Origin: Octopus sinensis
Taxonomy: Eukaryota
Direction: 5' to 3'
Assembly: GCF_006345805.1 (NCBI RefSeq)
Contig: NC_042998.1
Coordinates: 128,340,001-128,404,000 of the forward strand
Length of the DNA: 64,000 bases
The notes under the pieces are model-generated. The model did not search any database and was not told the origin of the DNA. It was given only the letters and a program-made list of their open reading frames with translations. The translations under genes were made by a program, and so were the position numbers. Shown here piece after piece: positions 1 to 14,609 of the stretch. The number at the start of each line of letters is the position of its first letter. Within the stretch, counting starts at the first letter, position 1.

Positions 1-515
1 TGTGTTATTGTTGTGTATGTGTGTGTGTTTTTGTTGTGTATGTGTGCGTGTGTGTGTGTGTCTTTTTGTTGTGTATGTGTGTGTGTGTGTGTGTTTTTGT
101 TGTGTATGTGTGCGTGAGTTGTGTATCTCTTAAATCGATGAATTTCGTCGCCCAATAAAAATATTAACGATATTAAAGTTTTAAAAATATTGTTAATATT
201 TTTATTGGGCGACGAAATTCATCGATTTAAGAGATACACAACACACGCACACATACACAGCAAAAAAACACACACACACACATACACAACAAAAAGACAC
301 ACACACACACACATACACAACAAAAAGACACATGCACACACATACACAACAAAAACACACACACACATACACAACAAAAGACACACACACACACGCGCAC
401 ACATACACAACAAACATACACACACACACATATACAACAATAACACACACACACACACAACAAACACACACACGCACACACATACACAACAATAACACAC
501 ACACACACACACACA
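1..515. repeat. Fold-back palindrome centred near 180 with (CA)-rich minisatellite arms
   Basis: 121-174 is the reverse complement of 186-239 with one mismatch and an 11-nt loop. The flanking TG-rich (1-120) and CA-rich (240-515) units are also mutually inverted. Confidence 0.9.
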
Positions 516-2399
516 GGTAATCGGTCCGTAAGTCAGGGATGACATTGAAATAAACAAGCCTTTGAAGACAGAAAACAGAAGACTGATAAGGATGAATAAC
601 ACGGCAGAAAAAAGGAATTCAGCTCAAAACAGAGAATACGATTGGTTAAAATTCGAAGAATTAAAGTACGTAAAAGTTAGAAAATACATTTTTCTCCAAA
701 AAACTAATTGAAATTAATGTTTTCTTTTGACACATTCTACCAGTATACGAAGTTTCAAATTATTTAGTTAAGTAGGAAATTCTGTCCATCTTTTAGAAAA
801 GATCCCAACTGGTTCATATTCTATCGACTCTGAAAGGACGAAAGGTAAATTTGATCTCAGCAGAATTTGAACTCGAAACATAAAGACGAACGAAATGCCG
901 CACAGTATTTTGTCCGACGTGCTGACGATTCTGATAATAATAGATGTAAAAATATACACTTGTATAGAGAAAATGGCATGTGGCTGTAAAAACTATCGAA
1001 TAAAGAATGGATGCGATTTAATTGTAACATAAAACATTAAAAATGCAATTTGTGAAACAAAAATGCGAAGCATAAAATATGCTAAGTTCTTAAGAAATAA
1101 TTGTGCGATAAAAATGTTTGTTGGAAATTTCGCTTCTGTAGGGAAATGGTGCTGCTGCTGTTGTTGTTGTTTATGTAAATATACTGAATTTAAAAATGCG
1201 ATTTAATTCTACATAAAATATAACAACGGAAATTCATGAAAGGGAAGCAAGTATATTTAGAAGCATATTTTTTAAGTACGAAGAGTTTACTTGAGTTAAA
1301 AATAAAAAGAGATCATTTATATTGTGTGATTATATGTGCATATGTGTGTATATTTCTGTGTTCGTGCCTACGTTTCTCTTGCTAGTGTAAACCGATGTAT
1401 TGAGTTGCTTTCCTTCACGTCAATCCTCAACCATCTCTTTGTACTCGATTAAATTAATACTTCCAAAGATTTTCATTATGTTTTGACAAGATACAATATC
1501 AAATCATGAAAGGGAGATGTACAAGCGATTACGACTACACCAGCGTATTAGAGGAAAACTGATAAAAAAAGAGACAAAACTAAACTGTTTCATTTAATTC
1601 GATGCCGTTCTGTTCTTCCCAACGCAGTTTTTTAACTGTTTCCATTTGATTACTCATTTAGCTGTATGAATATAAAGTCTCTCTTGGTTTACTACGGAAT
1701 TTTGCATACCATTATATAACGTGTTGCCTGCTCACTCGTAGAAATAATATAAGAAACAAACTTTAAAATAACAGCGAGTCTTTATTTCTCTGCTAAATAA
1801 CACAGTGGACAAAATAAGCACATTATAGTTCATCCATCGATTAGATGATTAAACTCTGACCATCGATGTATTTTGTTATAACATGTATTTTGTTACATGT
1901 GTTTTGTTACAGCAGCAGGAAAATAACATGATTTGCCTGCCTGACAAATCTCTCACTGCTCTGTCATAGCTGTTTTGTTAACTTAATATATAAGACGAAG
2001 TAGGCTCCAACGTAGATTCAGGTTAGTTGTTTGAGAATGTATTACGCACAACGTGATTAGATCCGAGATCCATTTCCCGTGCAATAGTCGACCAATCGAA
2101 ATACAGGATTCAACCAAATGTTCCAAATTCACATGATAGGTTAGACGATCAATCATTAAAGGCTAAGTCAACTCCAATATGTCATAACAGAAGTTGATCT
2201 CACCACACTCACAAAGCTATAAGACGTTGCCCTCATATTTACATATATATTTATAACTAATATTGGTATATATTAAACACATTCCTGAAAACTAGTACGT
2301 AGATATTAATGACTTGTAGTCACACGGTATTTCGTTATGCAACTATAATATGCTCCTAAGTAATTAAACGTTTTTATAAGTCAGTATTAAACGTTACAA

Positions 2400-2795
2400 A
2401 AGCGGTGAGCTGGCAGAAACGTTAACACGCCGGGCGAAATGCTTAGCGGTATTTCGTCTGACGCTACGTTCTGAGTTCAAATTCTGCCGAGGTCGACTTT
2501 ACCTTTCATCCTTTCGGGGTCGATTAAATAAGTACCAGTTACGCACTGGTTTCGATATAATCGACTTAATCCGTTTGCCTGTCCTTGCTTGTCCTCTCTG
2601 TGTTTAGCCCCTTGTGGGTAGTAAAGAAATAAGTATTTCGTCTGCCGCTACGTTCTGAGTTCAAATTCCGCCGAGGTCGAATTTGCCTTTCATCCCTTCG
2701 GGATCAATTAAATAAAGTACCAGTTACGCACTGGGGTCGATATAATCGAATTAATTCCTTTGTCTGTCTTTGTTTGTCTCCTCTATGTTCAGAAA
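2400..2795 (+). mobile_element. tRNA-derived SINE, dimeric copy (MetaSINE-like core)
   Basis: A-box-like TGGCAGAAACGTT and B-box GAGTTCAAATTC, then core GCCGAGGTCGACTTT.CCTTTCATCCTTTCGGGGTCGAT.AAATAAGTACCAG. The family recurs many times in the window. Confidence 0.85.
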
Positions 2796-3005
2796 TAAAT
2801 ATTAAACGTTACAATGCTTGGGGACAATGGTGTGACGAGATGTATAGTTGACTTTTCCAGGCATCCCTAACGATGTTTAGAGACAGTCGTGTGATTTTTC
2901 GACGGCTTCACACTTTTGATTTGGCCATTATTTGTTAACATTGGTATATGTTTGTGCTTTATGTAATCTGTAAAAAAAATTTTTAATTCTTAAATATATT
3001 TTCAG

Positions 3006-3298
3006 AACCAGCCTGAATCTGTCGATGCATTCGTTCGTGGGTTAGTTTCTGATTCCGCGCAGAATGCTGACCGTTTTATGAGTAAGCAGTTAACAGACCA
3101 TCTATTTGAAGATACTTTTGGTAATAGCCTCGATCTTGCTTCATTCAACATTCAACGAGGACGAGATCATGGCATCCCTCCTTACAATGTTTGGAGACAG
3201 TGGTGTGATTTCTCGACGGCTACGAACTTTGGTACTGGACCAGGTGGTCTTATAGACCATTCTTTTGATTCAGCCAACAAATTAAAGAGCATTTACTC
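3006..3298 (+). CDS. Animal heme peroxidase (peroxidase-cyclooxygenase superfamily), internal exon; upstream exons lie outside the window
   Basis: Acceptor ttcag|, donor TC|gtgag. Translates NQPESVDAFVRGL...TDHLFE...LDLASFNIQRGRDHGIPPYNVWRQWC, the hallmark An_peroxidase motif. Confidence 0.95.
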
Positions 3299-3886
3299 GT
3301 GAGGCCCTATATTATTTGCTTATCATTCGTATCGTTGTTTTTGTGGTATTGTTGTTTCCATTGCTTTATTATTAATATGGTGTTCTTGTATATGTATATT
3401 GTCATCTGTATGTATATGAGAGTATATGTGTGCGTATGTGCTTGTACATTCCTGAGGTCAGTTCCCAAACAGACGTTTCGTTCTATTTTCTAGACGGCGC
3501 AATCTATTGTATGCTTCTTTAGCTCATCTGAACCATCTTATCTTCAGATTAAGCCATTTCAACAGAACAGTGAGGCACTTCAACAAAGCACTAATACGCA
3601 ACCACTAGGCAAGAGAACAACTACTTACCACTTACAGCAAATTACAAATATTAAGATGATGTATATAATATGGTATAACCCATCACATAAGACCAATATG
3701 AAAAATAAAACAATGTCACAGAAGAATTCCATCTTAAGAAATATTTACTGAATCAGCACAAGCTGCAACAGTTTTCAAAAATGTATGTGTAGGTTCAGCT
3801 TCAGCTTCGGGCAAAACATGTTTGCTGTTATCAAAACTATGGTATAACAAGAGCATTGAGAAAGGCTGCGTCAAAGTTCAGTGATC

Positions 3887-4019
<133 letters not shown>

Positions 4020-4531
4020 TTTTGTAGAAGCAGCAAAATATTGTCAGTATCGTAAATTTAGCAAAGAACTCAAAAAATATTATACACAGTATTGCAAAAA
4101 CAATTGATTGTCTTTGATACAAAGGAAAGGACTCAGATTATTCACACAGAAAAAAATATATATATGTTCTAAATATTTATTATTCCTTGGAAAAGTTTCT
4201 GCCAAAATGACGGCGTGTCGTATGCACGTCTCCAGAAGAAGTAACAATATGGCTAATAATTCAAATATTGACCAAGTTATTTAACAGACCCGTAGTAACG
4301 GGAATTTTTAAATGAATCTGACAGGAATTTATCAAGACAACTGAAACGTTTTATTCCATTACTGCTACATTATGTGTAAAATTGTACACGAAAGAGAACA
4401 ATTTTGAAAATCAGTAATTTAAAGTACATTAAATATTATGTTTATAGACAGAGATCCAACGAGAATGTTATCTTAATGTATTCTCTTTCACTAAGAATTT
4501 AGAGACATATGAAACAACCGTATTTCATAAA

Positions 4532-4580
<49 letters not shown>

Positions 4581-4681
4581 TTGACAGACTATCAGAGAAA
4601 ACAAATGTTGGCTGAATAATTATTAGCAGAATACGTACATTACAACCTGAGATCCCAGAGCAATTTCACTTAAGTTATATA

Positions 4682-4742
<61 letters not shown>

Positions 4743-5124
4743 GTGTGTAACCAAGCAATATTAAAATGATATTCAATATTTCAGCAAAAATAGTGAAGCA
4801 TAATGAATGCATAAGTGTGAAGGTGTTCTTGTATCTAAAAGAAAAGTTGAATAGTTTAGTGACAAACAGAAAGATAGGTCGGTCGCCTGACAGATTAGAC
4901 AGATAGGCGTAACAATGATTTCTAACAGAGGCACAAAGGCTCAATTTCAAGGAGGGCAAGCTCACTACTTGAGCTCGGCAAAATTTGAACTCGGAACGTA
5001 GAAGATGATAATTAAATGCTACAAGTCGTTTTATCGTTTCTGCATTCCACTACTTTGTCGTTGCACATATACAAAACATGACCACGTTTTAGGTTTTTCA
5101 ATGTTGTTTCTACTTCTTTCTCAG

Positions 5125-5294
5125 ACACCCGGATGATATTGATCTCTTCAGTGGAGGACTGTCAGAGAATCCAATACGTGGTGGTATTGTTGGACCCACC
5201 TTTGCCTGTATCATTGGACGTCAATTTCATCTAATCAAAGTTGGTGATCGTTTTTGGTACGAAAGAAATGACCCAACTGTCGGATTCACGCTCA
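5125..5294 (+). CDS. Heme peroxidase internal exon
   Basis: Acceptor tttctcag| in phase 2, matching the previous exon. Translates HPDDIDLFSGGLSENPIRGGIVGPTFACIIGRQFHLIKVGDRFWYE..GFTL. Donor A|gtaagt. Confidence 0.95.
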
Positions 5295-5359
5295 GTAAGT
5301 TAATCGTAAGACATTTTCAGCACAACACAAGCTTCATAAAATTTTTTAGGCTGGTTTAT

Positions 5360-6137
<778 letters not shown>

Positions 6138-6139
6138 TT

Positions 6140-7855
6140 TTTTTTTCTTCTTTCAAATTTGCTTCCATTTCTTACCGAGTGTCTTCCCGACTCCTAGGGC
6201 AAAGAAACTCATAGTATACATTGGTAGGCCATTAAACCAAACTCAATAGTTCGTTCATTTTTTTTTTTTTTTTTTAAGTTAAATTAAAATACATGAGCAG
6301 CAACAGTTCTCACATCGACAATGCTCTTCTCAATACGTGTGATGTACCAGTTAAGACAATCTTTTGCACTTCTTGCAGGCATGGTAAGCCAGGGATCATT
6401 CTCATATAATTTTCGGTTCCCTTCTTGATCATTCCTAGTGCTCCTACGATCACTGTATTGTAACCGCCTTGAGATGCCACATTTTCTCAATTTCAATGAG
6501 TAGGTCTTTATATTTTCTGAGCTTGTCAACTCTTTCGCTGAGATATTATGATCACAGGGGATGCTCATGTCGATCAATAAGCAAACTTTTTGTTTTGTCT
6601 TTCACAACAATATCTGGTTTATTGGCCTTGATGGTTCGGTCTGTATGTACTGGAAAGTCCCACAGAATGGTTACATTTTCTCCTTCAGTTACAGCCTCAG
6701 GGTGGTGATTATACCACTTGTCGGCAGTTTTGATATTGTAATGCCGACTTATTAGCCAGTGTAGATATTGGCCAACTCTGTCATGTCTTAATTTATACTC
6801 CACTGGAGCTAAGACTTTACATCCAGAGATTAGGTGGTCCACCTTTTCAATCATGTCGTTGCAGAATCGGCATTTTGGGTCTGCTCCATTTTTCATCACA
6901 TTGGCCTGGTAGTTCCGGGTAATAGGCTTTGATCTTGAGCAGCCAGGATGAAACCTTCGCTCTCTGCTTTTAGCCCTGAGCTCCGTAGCCACTGATGGGT
7001 TTGCTTCTGGTCAACATCAGCTTGTTTGCTGCGGGTCACATATTTGTCGTGCAGAGGTTTCTCCTCCCATCTATCAGCCAATTGCTCGTGCGCTTTATTC
7101 GTTGCCATTATTTTCACCTTCTTTGCAACAATAATTGCCGTACTTCCCTCGGGTTGTTCTGTTTGGGTATCCTGCACGAGATCAATAGCAAATTTTTTGC
7201 TTTCCTTTATAATAGAATGAAGCTTCTTTCGTCTCTCGTGATTTTCCACGAGCTTTAGCATCCAGTCATTCGATATTTCGAGATATTTGGCCAGTCCAAT
7301 TGTGGTTGTTTTGTAAGCTAGTTCAAATTGGATCAGGCCTCGACCTCCTTGGGCTCTGGGAAGGTAAAGGCGATCTACGTCTGCCTTTGGGTGGTGCATC
7401 CTATTACAACTCAGCAGCTTGCGTATTTTTCTATCTATATTCTTTACTTCACTCATATTCCAGTTCAACACATTGTAGCTATAAGTAACAACTGGAACTG
7501 CTAAGGAATTATAGCTAACACCTTGTTACGTGCATTTTGTTCAGATTTCAGGACTGCACGAACTCTCCTATAACATTCCTTCCTGATCTTCTCTTTCATG
7601 CTTGCATGCTGAATACCAGAGCCTTCATTTATCCCTAAATATTTGTATGTTTGTTCTTGCTCAAGCTCTCTTATGACTGTGTCAACATCTAACAGACTGA
7701 CTGAATTGTGGTCTTCACTTTCCCTTCTGGAAAGTGGCCTTGGCACACTTCTCAAGTCCAAACTCCATCCCGATGTCATCGCTGAATGCTTTCACAGTGC
7801 ACAATAGGCCTTCAAGTTCATTATTGTCTTTACCATAAAGTTTTAAGTCATCCAA
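6140..7855 (-). mobile_element. 5'-truncated, frameshifted R4/Dong-type non-LTR retrotransposon (RT C-terminus, CCHC knuckle, restriction-like endonuclease)
   Basis: DDLKLY at the 5' break, YKYLGI, RLYLPRAQGGRGL, CRFC..EKVDHLISGC, RHD, KPDIVV..LLIDMSIP. Flanked on both sides by (TAA)n in element sense. Confidence 0.9.
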
Positions 7856-8015
7856 TATATTATTATTATTATTATCATTATTATATTATTATTATTATCA
7901 TTATTATTATTATTATTATTATCATTATTATTATATAATCATTATCATTATTATTTATTATATATTATATTATCATTATCATTATTATTATTATTATTTT
8001 ATTATTATTATTATA

Positions 8016-9062
8016 GTTTGACTTTTGCTTTATGTCTGTACAAGTTGGCTCCAAGTCTCACCCAGAGACCTAAGAGACAACAGGTTGGAAGTTCTGTGCC
8101 ATATATTTGGGTTTTTTTTTTTTGGTGTTGTACTAGTGAATGTCTAATACATAAAAAAAAATAAAAAAATAAATAAATAAATAAATAAATAAATAAATTT
8201 TTTAAAAAGTTTGTTTTAAACCTTGGGATTACATAAGAGATATTTGCGTAGGATATGAGCAGTCCCCATGAGCACTATCTTTTGAATTTCTGCCATTTTG
8301 GGGTTTCCTGGTATCTGAGTTAGGTAGCAATTAGTCCCTTTCGCTATCATTCCCAGGGCACCTATGACAACAGGTATTGTTTTAGTCTTCAGCTTCCACA
8401 TTTTGCTGATTTCTATTTCAAGATCTTTATATTTGCTCAGTTTTTGGTAGGTCTTGACAGATACGTTTATATCGATGGGACAGTCATATCAATGAGGAGG
8501 CATGTTCTTTGTCTGAAGTCTTTCAATATGATGTCTGGCCTATTTGCATCTATCTTCCTGTCAGTTTGAATGGTGAAGTTCCAGAGGAGTGAGATGTGGT
8601 CATTTTCAAGCACTGGAGGTGGACTGTGTTCCCACCAGTTTTTTTCATGGGGCAAATCCAGGTTTTTGCAAATTACCCAGTGAATATATTGTGCAGCTCT
8701 ATCATGCCTGTTGAGGTACTCTGTAGGCGCTAGAAGACTGCATTTGGAGACAACATGATCACTGGTTTCATTTTGTTGTCGGCATACACGACATGTTGGG
8801 CTACTGCCGTTCTTTAATATGTTGGCCTGGTAGTTTCTTGTTGGTAGGCATTGATCTTGAGCTGCTATGATAAACCCCTCTGTTTCAGATTTTAAGCCAG
8901 AGGCCATTAGCCATTGATGGGTCAGGGCTTTGTCAATATCTGCATTATTCGCTCTCTTTGGGTATTTGCTATAGAGAGGTTTTTCTTGCCATTTATTATT
9001 CAGAATATCTAAGGCTGCAGTTTTGGCACGGGTTTTCATGCGCTTAGCTTTTTCTGTGCTTG
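8016..9062 (-). mobile_element. Second, divergent 5'-truncated R4/Dong-type element
   Basis: ETEGFIIAAQDQ, CRVC..ETSDHVVSKC, RHD, RPDIILKD..LLIDMTVP, KYKDLEIEISKMW..PVVIGALG. Confidence 0.9.
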
Positions 9063-9149
9063 TTTCTTCTTCTTCTTCTTCTTCTTCTTCTTCTTCTTCT
9101 TCTTCTTCTTCTTTTCTTCTTAATTATTATTATTATTATTTTATTATTA

Positions 9150-9181
<32 letters not shown>

Positions 9182-9324
9182 CATTATTGTTATTATTATT
9201 ATTATCATTATTATTATCATTATTATTATTATTATTATTATTATTTTATTTTTATTATTATTATGTATCATATTATTATTATATTATTATTATTATCATT
9301 ATTATTATTATTATTATTATTATA

Positions 9325-9371
<47 letters not shown>

Positions 9372-9373
<2 letters not shown>

Positions 9374-10195
9374 GGCAGCGAGCTGGCAGAATAGTTAGCA
9401 CGCCGAGCGAAATGCCTAGCGGTATTTCGTCTGCGTTACGTTGTGAGTTCAAATTCCGCCGAGGTCGACTTTGCCTTTCATCCTTTCGGGGTCGATAAAT
9501 TAAGTACCAGTTACGCACTGGGGTCGATGTAATCGACTTAATACCTATGTCTGTCCTTGTTTGTCCTCTCTGTGTTTAGCCCCTTGTGGGTAATAAAGAA
9601 ATAGAAATAGGTATTTCGTCTGCCGCTAAGTTCTGAGTTCAAATTCTGCCGAGGTCGACTTTGTCTTTCATCCTTTCAGGGTTGATGAAATAAGTACCAG
9701 TTGAACACTACAGTCAATGTAATCGACTCATACCCTCCGCCAAAATTGTTGCCCTTGTGGCAAAATCTAAAACCGTTGTTGATGTTGTTGTTGTTGTTGT
9801 TGTTGTTGTAAAACTGGCGAGCAGGCAGAATCGTTAGAGCGTCGGAAAAAATACTTCGCTGTATTTGTTCCAGTTTTTTCTTGTTCTAAGTTCAACTCTT
9901 GCCGGAGTCAACTCTACCTTTCATCCCTCCAGGGCCGATAAAATAAGCGCTAAGATCGATATAATCGACTTGCCCATCGTCTCAGAATTGCTGGCCTTGT
10001 GCCAAAACTAGAAAGTTTTATCGTTGCTACTGCTACTGCAGAGGCGACGAGCTGAGAAAATCTTAAGAGCGACAGAGAAAATACTGCCGAGGTCATCTCT
10101 ACTTTTCGTACTAGTTCAAGTCTAGTTCAAGATGGTATCGAGGACTACTCCTCCCCTCAAAACTGCTGTCCTTGTACCTAAATCAGAAACCATTA
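9372..10195 (+). mobile_element. Tandem array of tRNA-derived SINE copies of varying divergence
   Basis: Four to five head-to-tail copies of the 2400-type SINE separated by (GTT)n/(CTG)-like spacers. Confidence 0.85.
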
Positions 10196-10744
10196 TTCCT
10201 GTTGTTCTTCTTGAGATAACTTCATAGTACAAATATTGGGTGGTATAGAGCTTAAACAACTACTCAGGTGACTTCACTATAGATGTGTGTACGAGTATTA
10301 TATAATGTTGCGTGATGCAAACTAATATATCAATTTCATAATGTCAAATATTTTCTTATTAATTGCTTTGTTCAGAGAAGTTCAAGTGCTGAACTATGTA
10401 TAAATGGCATCAAGTTATAAACGACATCTGACCTCATAAGCCAACTATATGGTCCAGAATGTCTCCCTTTTCTTTCTCTCTTTATCTCCCTCTCCCTCTC
10501 TCTCCTCCTTTTTCTCCCTCCTCCTTTTTCTCTCTCGATATCCAGAATGTTTTTCTATAATGCTATCGAAGTTGTTGCGTTGGTGTATACAATGTTTAAC
10601 TTGTTTATCACATTAATTGATCTGTGTTTGTGCGTATGTATGTGTTTGTGTTGGTGTGTATATGTGCGTTTGTGAAACCTGGCTTAGCGGTTAGGAGGAG
10701 TTTCGGTTTACAATAGAAATTCTAATTTTAATTATAACAAACAA

Positions 10745-11251
10745 TTGTGACCTCCTTCGGTCATGAATGAAATTGCACCTAGAAAGTTACCCTCCGAGGT
10801 ACAAGTCTGGGCAAAGTTGTTTATGGAAGACCAGCAGTCGCCCACACATACCAGCCTCCCCTCTCCACGCCACCGATGTTATCCAAGGGAAAGGCAAAGG
10901 CCGATGCAGCTAGGCACCAGTGACGTCGCAGCTCATTTATTAACGTGCAAGTGGCTGAGCACTCCACAGACACGTGTACCCTTAACGTAGTTCTCGGGGA
11001 GATTCAGCGTGACACAGAGTGGGACAAGGCTGGCCCTTTGAAATACAGGTACAACAGAAACAGGAAGAAAGAGTGAGAGAAAGTTGTGGTGAAAGAGTAC
11101 AGCAGGGTTCACCACCACCCCCTGCCGGAGCCTCGTGGAGCTTTAGGTGTTTTCGCTCAATAAACACTCACAATGCCCGGTCTGGGAATCGAAACCGTGA
11201 TCCTACGACCGCGAGTCCGCTGCCCTAACCACTGGACCATTGCGCCTCCAC
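10745..11251 (-). mobile_element. Second tRNA-derived SINE family, near full length
   Basis: Minus-strand head GGAGGCGCAATGGTCCAGTGGTTAGGGCAGCGGACTCGCGGTCGTAGGATCACGGTTTCGATTCCC has A/B boxes, followed by a ~430-nt GC-richer body. A head fragment recurs at about 36398-36422. Confidence 0.8.
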
Positions 11252-11504
11252 ATAACAAACAATATATGCTTATTATCTGTTCTTTGGTATTTAAAAATTT
11301 TACACTATATTCTTCACATGGTGTACTCCAACACTGCCGGATGAACAAGAATAAAAAAAATTGAGACTCTTGATTTAAGGTTTTAGAAAATCCACGTTAA
11401 TGTTTTAGAGTCTTGAAAAACCTGTCATACGTAATTTTATGATACACGCACGCACGTACTTACACGCACGCACACACTCATGCACTCACACACACACACA
11501 CACA

Positions 11505-11540
<36 letters not shown>

Positions 11541-11744
11541 ACACATACACATAGAAACTCGCGTGCACATGCACGTGTGTGTGTCCGTGTATGTATTTGA
11601 GTAGCTTGGGAATTCGGGTTTCGCCTTCGGTTTACACAACCAGAAAGGTTGAATGTGTTGATAGTGAAACCTGAAACACAAATTAGCTCATTAACCCGAA
11701 TTTTACAAAAATTTTGTCCTGACCAGTTCCTTAATCTTAAACTA

Positions 11745-11957
11745 CGAGGAGGTGCTGAAAAGTTCCTGGTTTTAAGGGTATCACGAAAGGTCTGATTGGA
11801 GGCCCATTCTTTCGAGTTATTTTACAGGGCTTAGAAAAACTGAAGGACCGCTGCAATAAGTGTGTGAATCTGAGAGGGAAATATGTTGAATAAAATCATA
11901 ATTATCTGATCCTCCTGTATATTCTTTTACCCAAAACTAGAAACTTTTCAGCGCTCG
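11745..11957 (+). mobile_element. Internally deleted mariner (MITE-like) with TIRs and TA target duplication
   Basis: TA|CGAGGAGGTGCTGAAAAGTTCCTGGTTTT ... AAAACTAGAAACTTTTCAGCGCTCG|TA. The interior encodes the mariner C-terminus FLQGLEKLKDRCNKCVNLRGKYVE*. Confidence 0.85.
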
Positions 11958-12161
11958 TAGCACTTTAAAATTATTATTATAGTTCAACTCTCACACACAC
12001 ACACGTAGTGGCCTGTTTCTCTAGAGTTGTCGGTTCTTCAAACAAAAGTACACTGGATCCACTCTATCATTATACTCGAGGTTATGAGTACTTTTCTCCG
12101 TTTATTAAAACCAACTGGTGTGTGTGTGTGCGTGCGCGCGCCTGTGTGTCAATATCTGTTT

Positions 12162-12192
<31 letters not shown>

Positions 12193-12488
12193 TATATATA
12201 TACATATATCCGTTTCAGATTTTGGCACAAGGCCAGCAAATTTGGGGTGGTGGGTAAGTCGATTACATTGATCCCAGTGCACAACTGGCACTTATTTTAT
12301 AGACCCAGAAAGGATGGAAGGCAAAGTCGAATGTACGCCGCAATACCACTAAATATTTTGCCCGTCGTACTAACGACTTTGCCAGCCCGCCTAATATATA
12401 TAAGAAACCATAATGTATAAAGATGGAGCTGTCTTGCGCATGTGTTTTCGGTACGTATTAAAGTTACATAATTATGCATTCTTTAGCG

Positions 12489-12558
12489 ATCCCACTGACG
12501 AGCTACGGATGCCAAATTAATTTATCTGGTCATTAATAGCGAAATTCGAGCATGGGAT
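12489..12558 (+). ncRNA. Minimal type I hammerhead ribozyme motif with mutated cleavage triplet
   Basis: ATCCCA-CTGACGA-GCTA...TAGC-GAAA-TTCGAG-CA-TGGGAT: 6-bp stem I, 4-bp stem II base, palindromic TCGA in stem III, triplet GCA instead of GUH. Confidence 0.7.
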
Positions 12559-12704
12559 TAACTAATTTTTTTTATTTTGTTCACTCTAGTGCCATTAACA
12601 GCGTGCCTTAGAATTCTTTCTTCGTGGTTTGGGTTTAACTGCCCTTTTAGCAAGTAAGAAGTCTTATCAAGGGTCTTCTCTCTGTGTATAAATCTTTACA
12701 CACT

Positions 12705-12751
<47 letters not shown>

Positions 12752-13947
12752 TATATATATTAAAACGTAGAATTTGATAAATTCAATTTTTAGCAACATC
12801 AAAAATAACTGTAATATGTTCAAATGAGGTGATTAGACAAAAATTTTATAAATTTAGTCTATGTTTGAATGAGCAATCAGAGAAAAAAAACAACTCGAAG
12901 TTTCCTGCACATTGGATATAAGCATAATGTTTTCTATTGTTTACCAACAATATATAGCATCGAGCTCAGTTATGGGCAAGCGGTGACCCGCGGGTCTTTT
13001 TGATTGGCGCACCTGCGAAAATTACTTCAAATTTTTTTTAGCAGTGCCGCCCACCTGATGATAGGCCGTGTCTCAAGCAGATGATTCTTGATAGAGATTG
13101 CCCGCGCCTGATCTAGTTTTCGATATGGAAATGTTCGTTAAATACATGTATAACATCGAGGAGTGAGATTCATTGAGTATCTTATTATAAAGATGAACTA
13201 ACGACATATATTGAAAATAAAAATTTGTTTCTGGTTATTTTAAATGCTTTTACTGTCGGAAATACCTATAGTAAGGTTAAATTAGGGGATCACGACAATA
13301 AGATATTAAGGTTAAACTGATACAATTTTTTGGCCGTGCAAGCAACGGCGACAACTCCAAGTATTTCTGAATTTATTGGATTTTGCCGTCGTAAGTATAG
13401 ACTTCGATATCGCTTGCTCAGTCAAATAACATTAGCTAAACCCTTAATCATTTTATTAAAAACGGTATTTACTCCTATTGGGGCTATTTCCGATGCTGAA
13501 AACAGAAAGTTGACAACCACGTTATTATTACTTAAATATGTGATTAGCAACACTTTCCAATTTGCTTTCTTTCTCTGTGTGTGTGTGTGTGGTGTGTGTG
13601 TGTGTGTGTGTGTGTGTTGTGTGTGCGCGCGCGCTTGTATATATGTGCTTATGTATGTGTATGTATATAGTCTTGTAAACAAGCAGTGCGATATCCAATT
13701 ACTATAGACAAATATGCAGTCATTTTTCAAGATCAAATTGTTGATTATGTGTGTATATGTGTGTGTGTATAATTTATACATATATATATATGCGTGTGTG
13801 TGTGTGTATGTGTATGTATGTGTGCGTATGCATATATATATATATATGCATATTCTAGATAGTACTATAATTACACACATACGTACATAAGTTCATACAT
13901 TCATGCATACATACATACATACATACATACATACATACATACATACA

Positions 13948-13978
<31 letters not shown>

Positions 13979-14035
13979 GTGTATATGTGTGCATTAGTAA
14001 TTAATGTCTTATTTCTCTCTACTCTTTTTCTATAG

Positions 14036-14138
14036 ATCAATTGGATCAAATACGACAAACATCATTGTCTGCAATTATCTGCACCAACACTAACATTTCG
14101 AGAATACAACCTAATTCATTTCTTCTTTCGAATGGCAA
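14036..14138 (+). CDS. Heme peroxidase internal exon
   Basis: Acceptor tttttctatag| in phase 1. Translates (N)QLDQIRQTSLSAIICTNTNISRIQPNSFLLSNG. Donor AA|gtaagt. Confidence 0.93.
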
Positions 14139-14349
14139 GTAAGTGTTGTTGTTTTTTTTTTCTGAGTAAACGCATTCGCGCAGACACATGCACACACACA
14201 AGTAAATATATACCTGAACACATATATAACATACAAATACAATAACACTCATACACATACATACATATTTACATGCATATATTTACATATATGTCTACAA
14301 ATATGTATGTATATGTATACATATATACATACATTAACATGCATATATA

Positions 14350-14435
<86 letters not shown>

Positions 14436-14520
14436 AGAATTCACAAAAAAGACAAAAGGCGAAGACAGGCGGTGTAGACAACAAACAGGTGTATAGTTTA
14501 ACGCTCGGGAAGTGAAAAAG

Positions 14521-14558
14521 TCTTTAACGTTTCGAGCCTACGCTCTTCCACAGAAAGA
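14521..14558 (-). ncRNA. Variant minimal hammerhead-like motif in a ~180-bp insert within (TA)n
   Basis: Minus strand: CTTT-CTGTGGA-A-GAGC-GTAG-GCTC-GAAAC-GTT-AAAG. Stems I and II are intact; the core has A6>U. Confidence 0.55.
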
Positions 14559-14609
14559 AACACAGAAGAGAACATAAAGAATGTGTAGTGGCTAGCGGTC
14601 TATCATGGC

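Noticed and set aside
3465-3550. Minus-strand CTGAAGA ... GAAACGTC hammerhead-like halves
   Set aside because: Stem I could not be paired; too degenerate to count.
11175-11251. tRNA gene
   Set aside because: It has A/B boxes but no closed acceptor stem and continues into a repeat body, so it is a SINE head.
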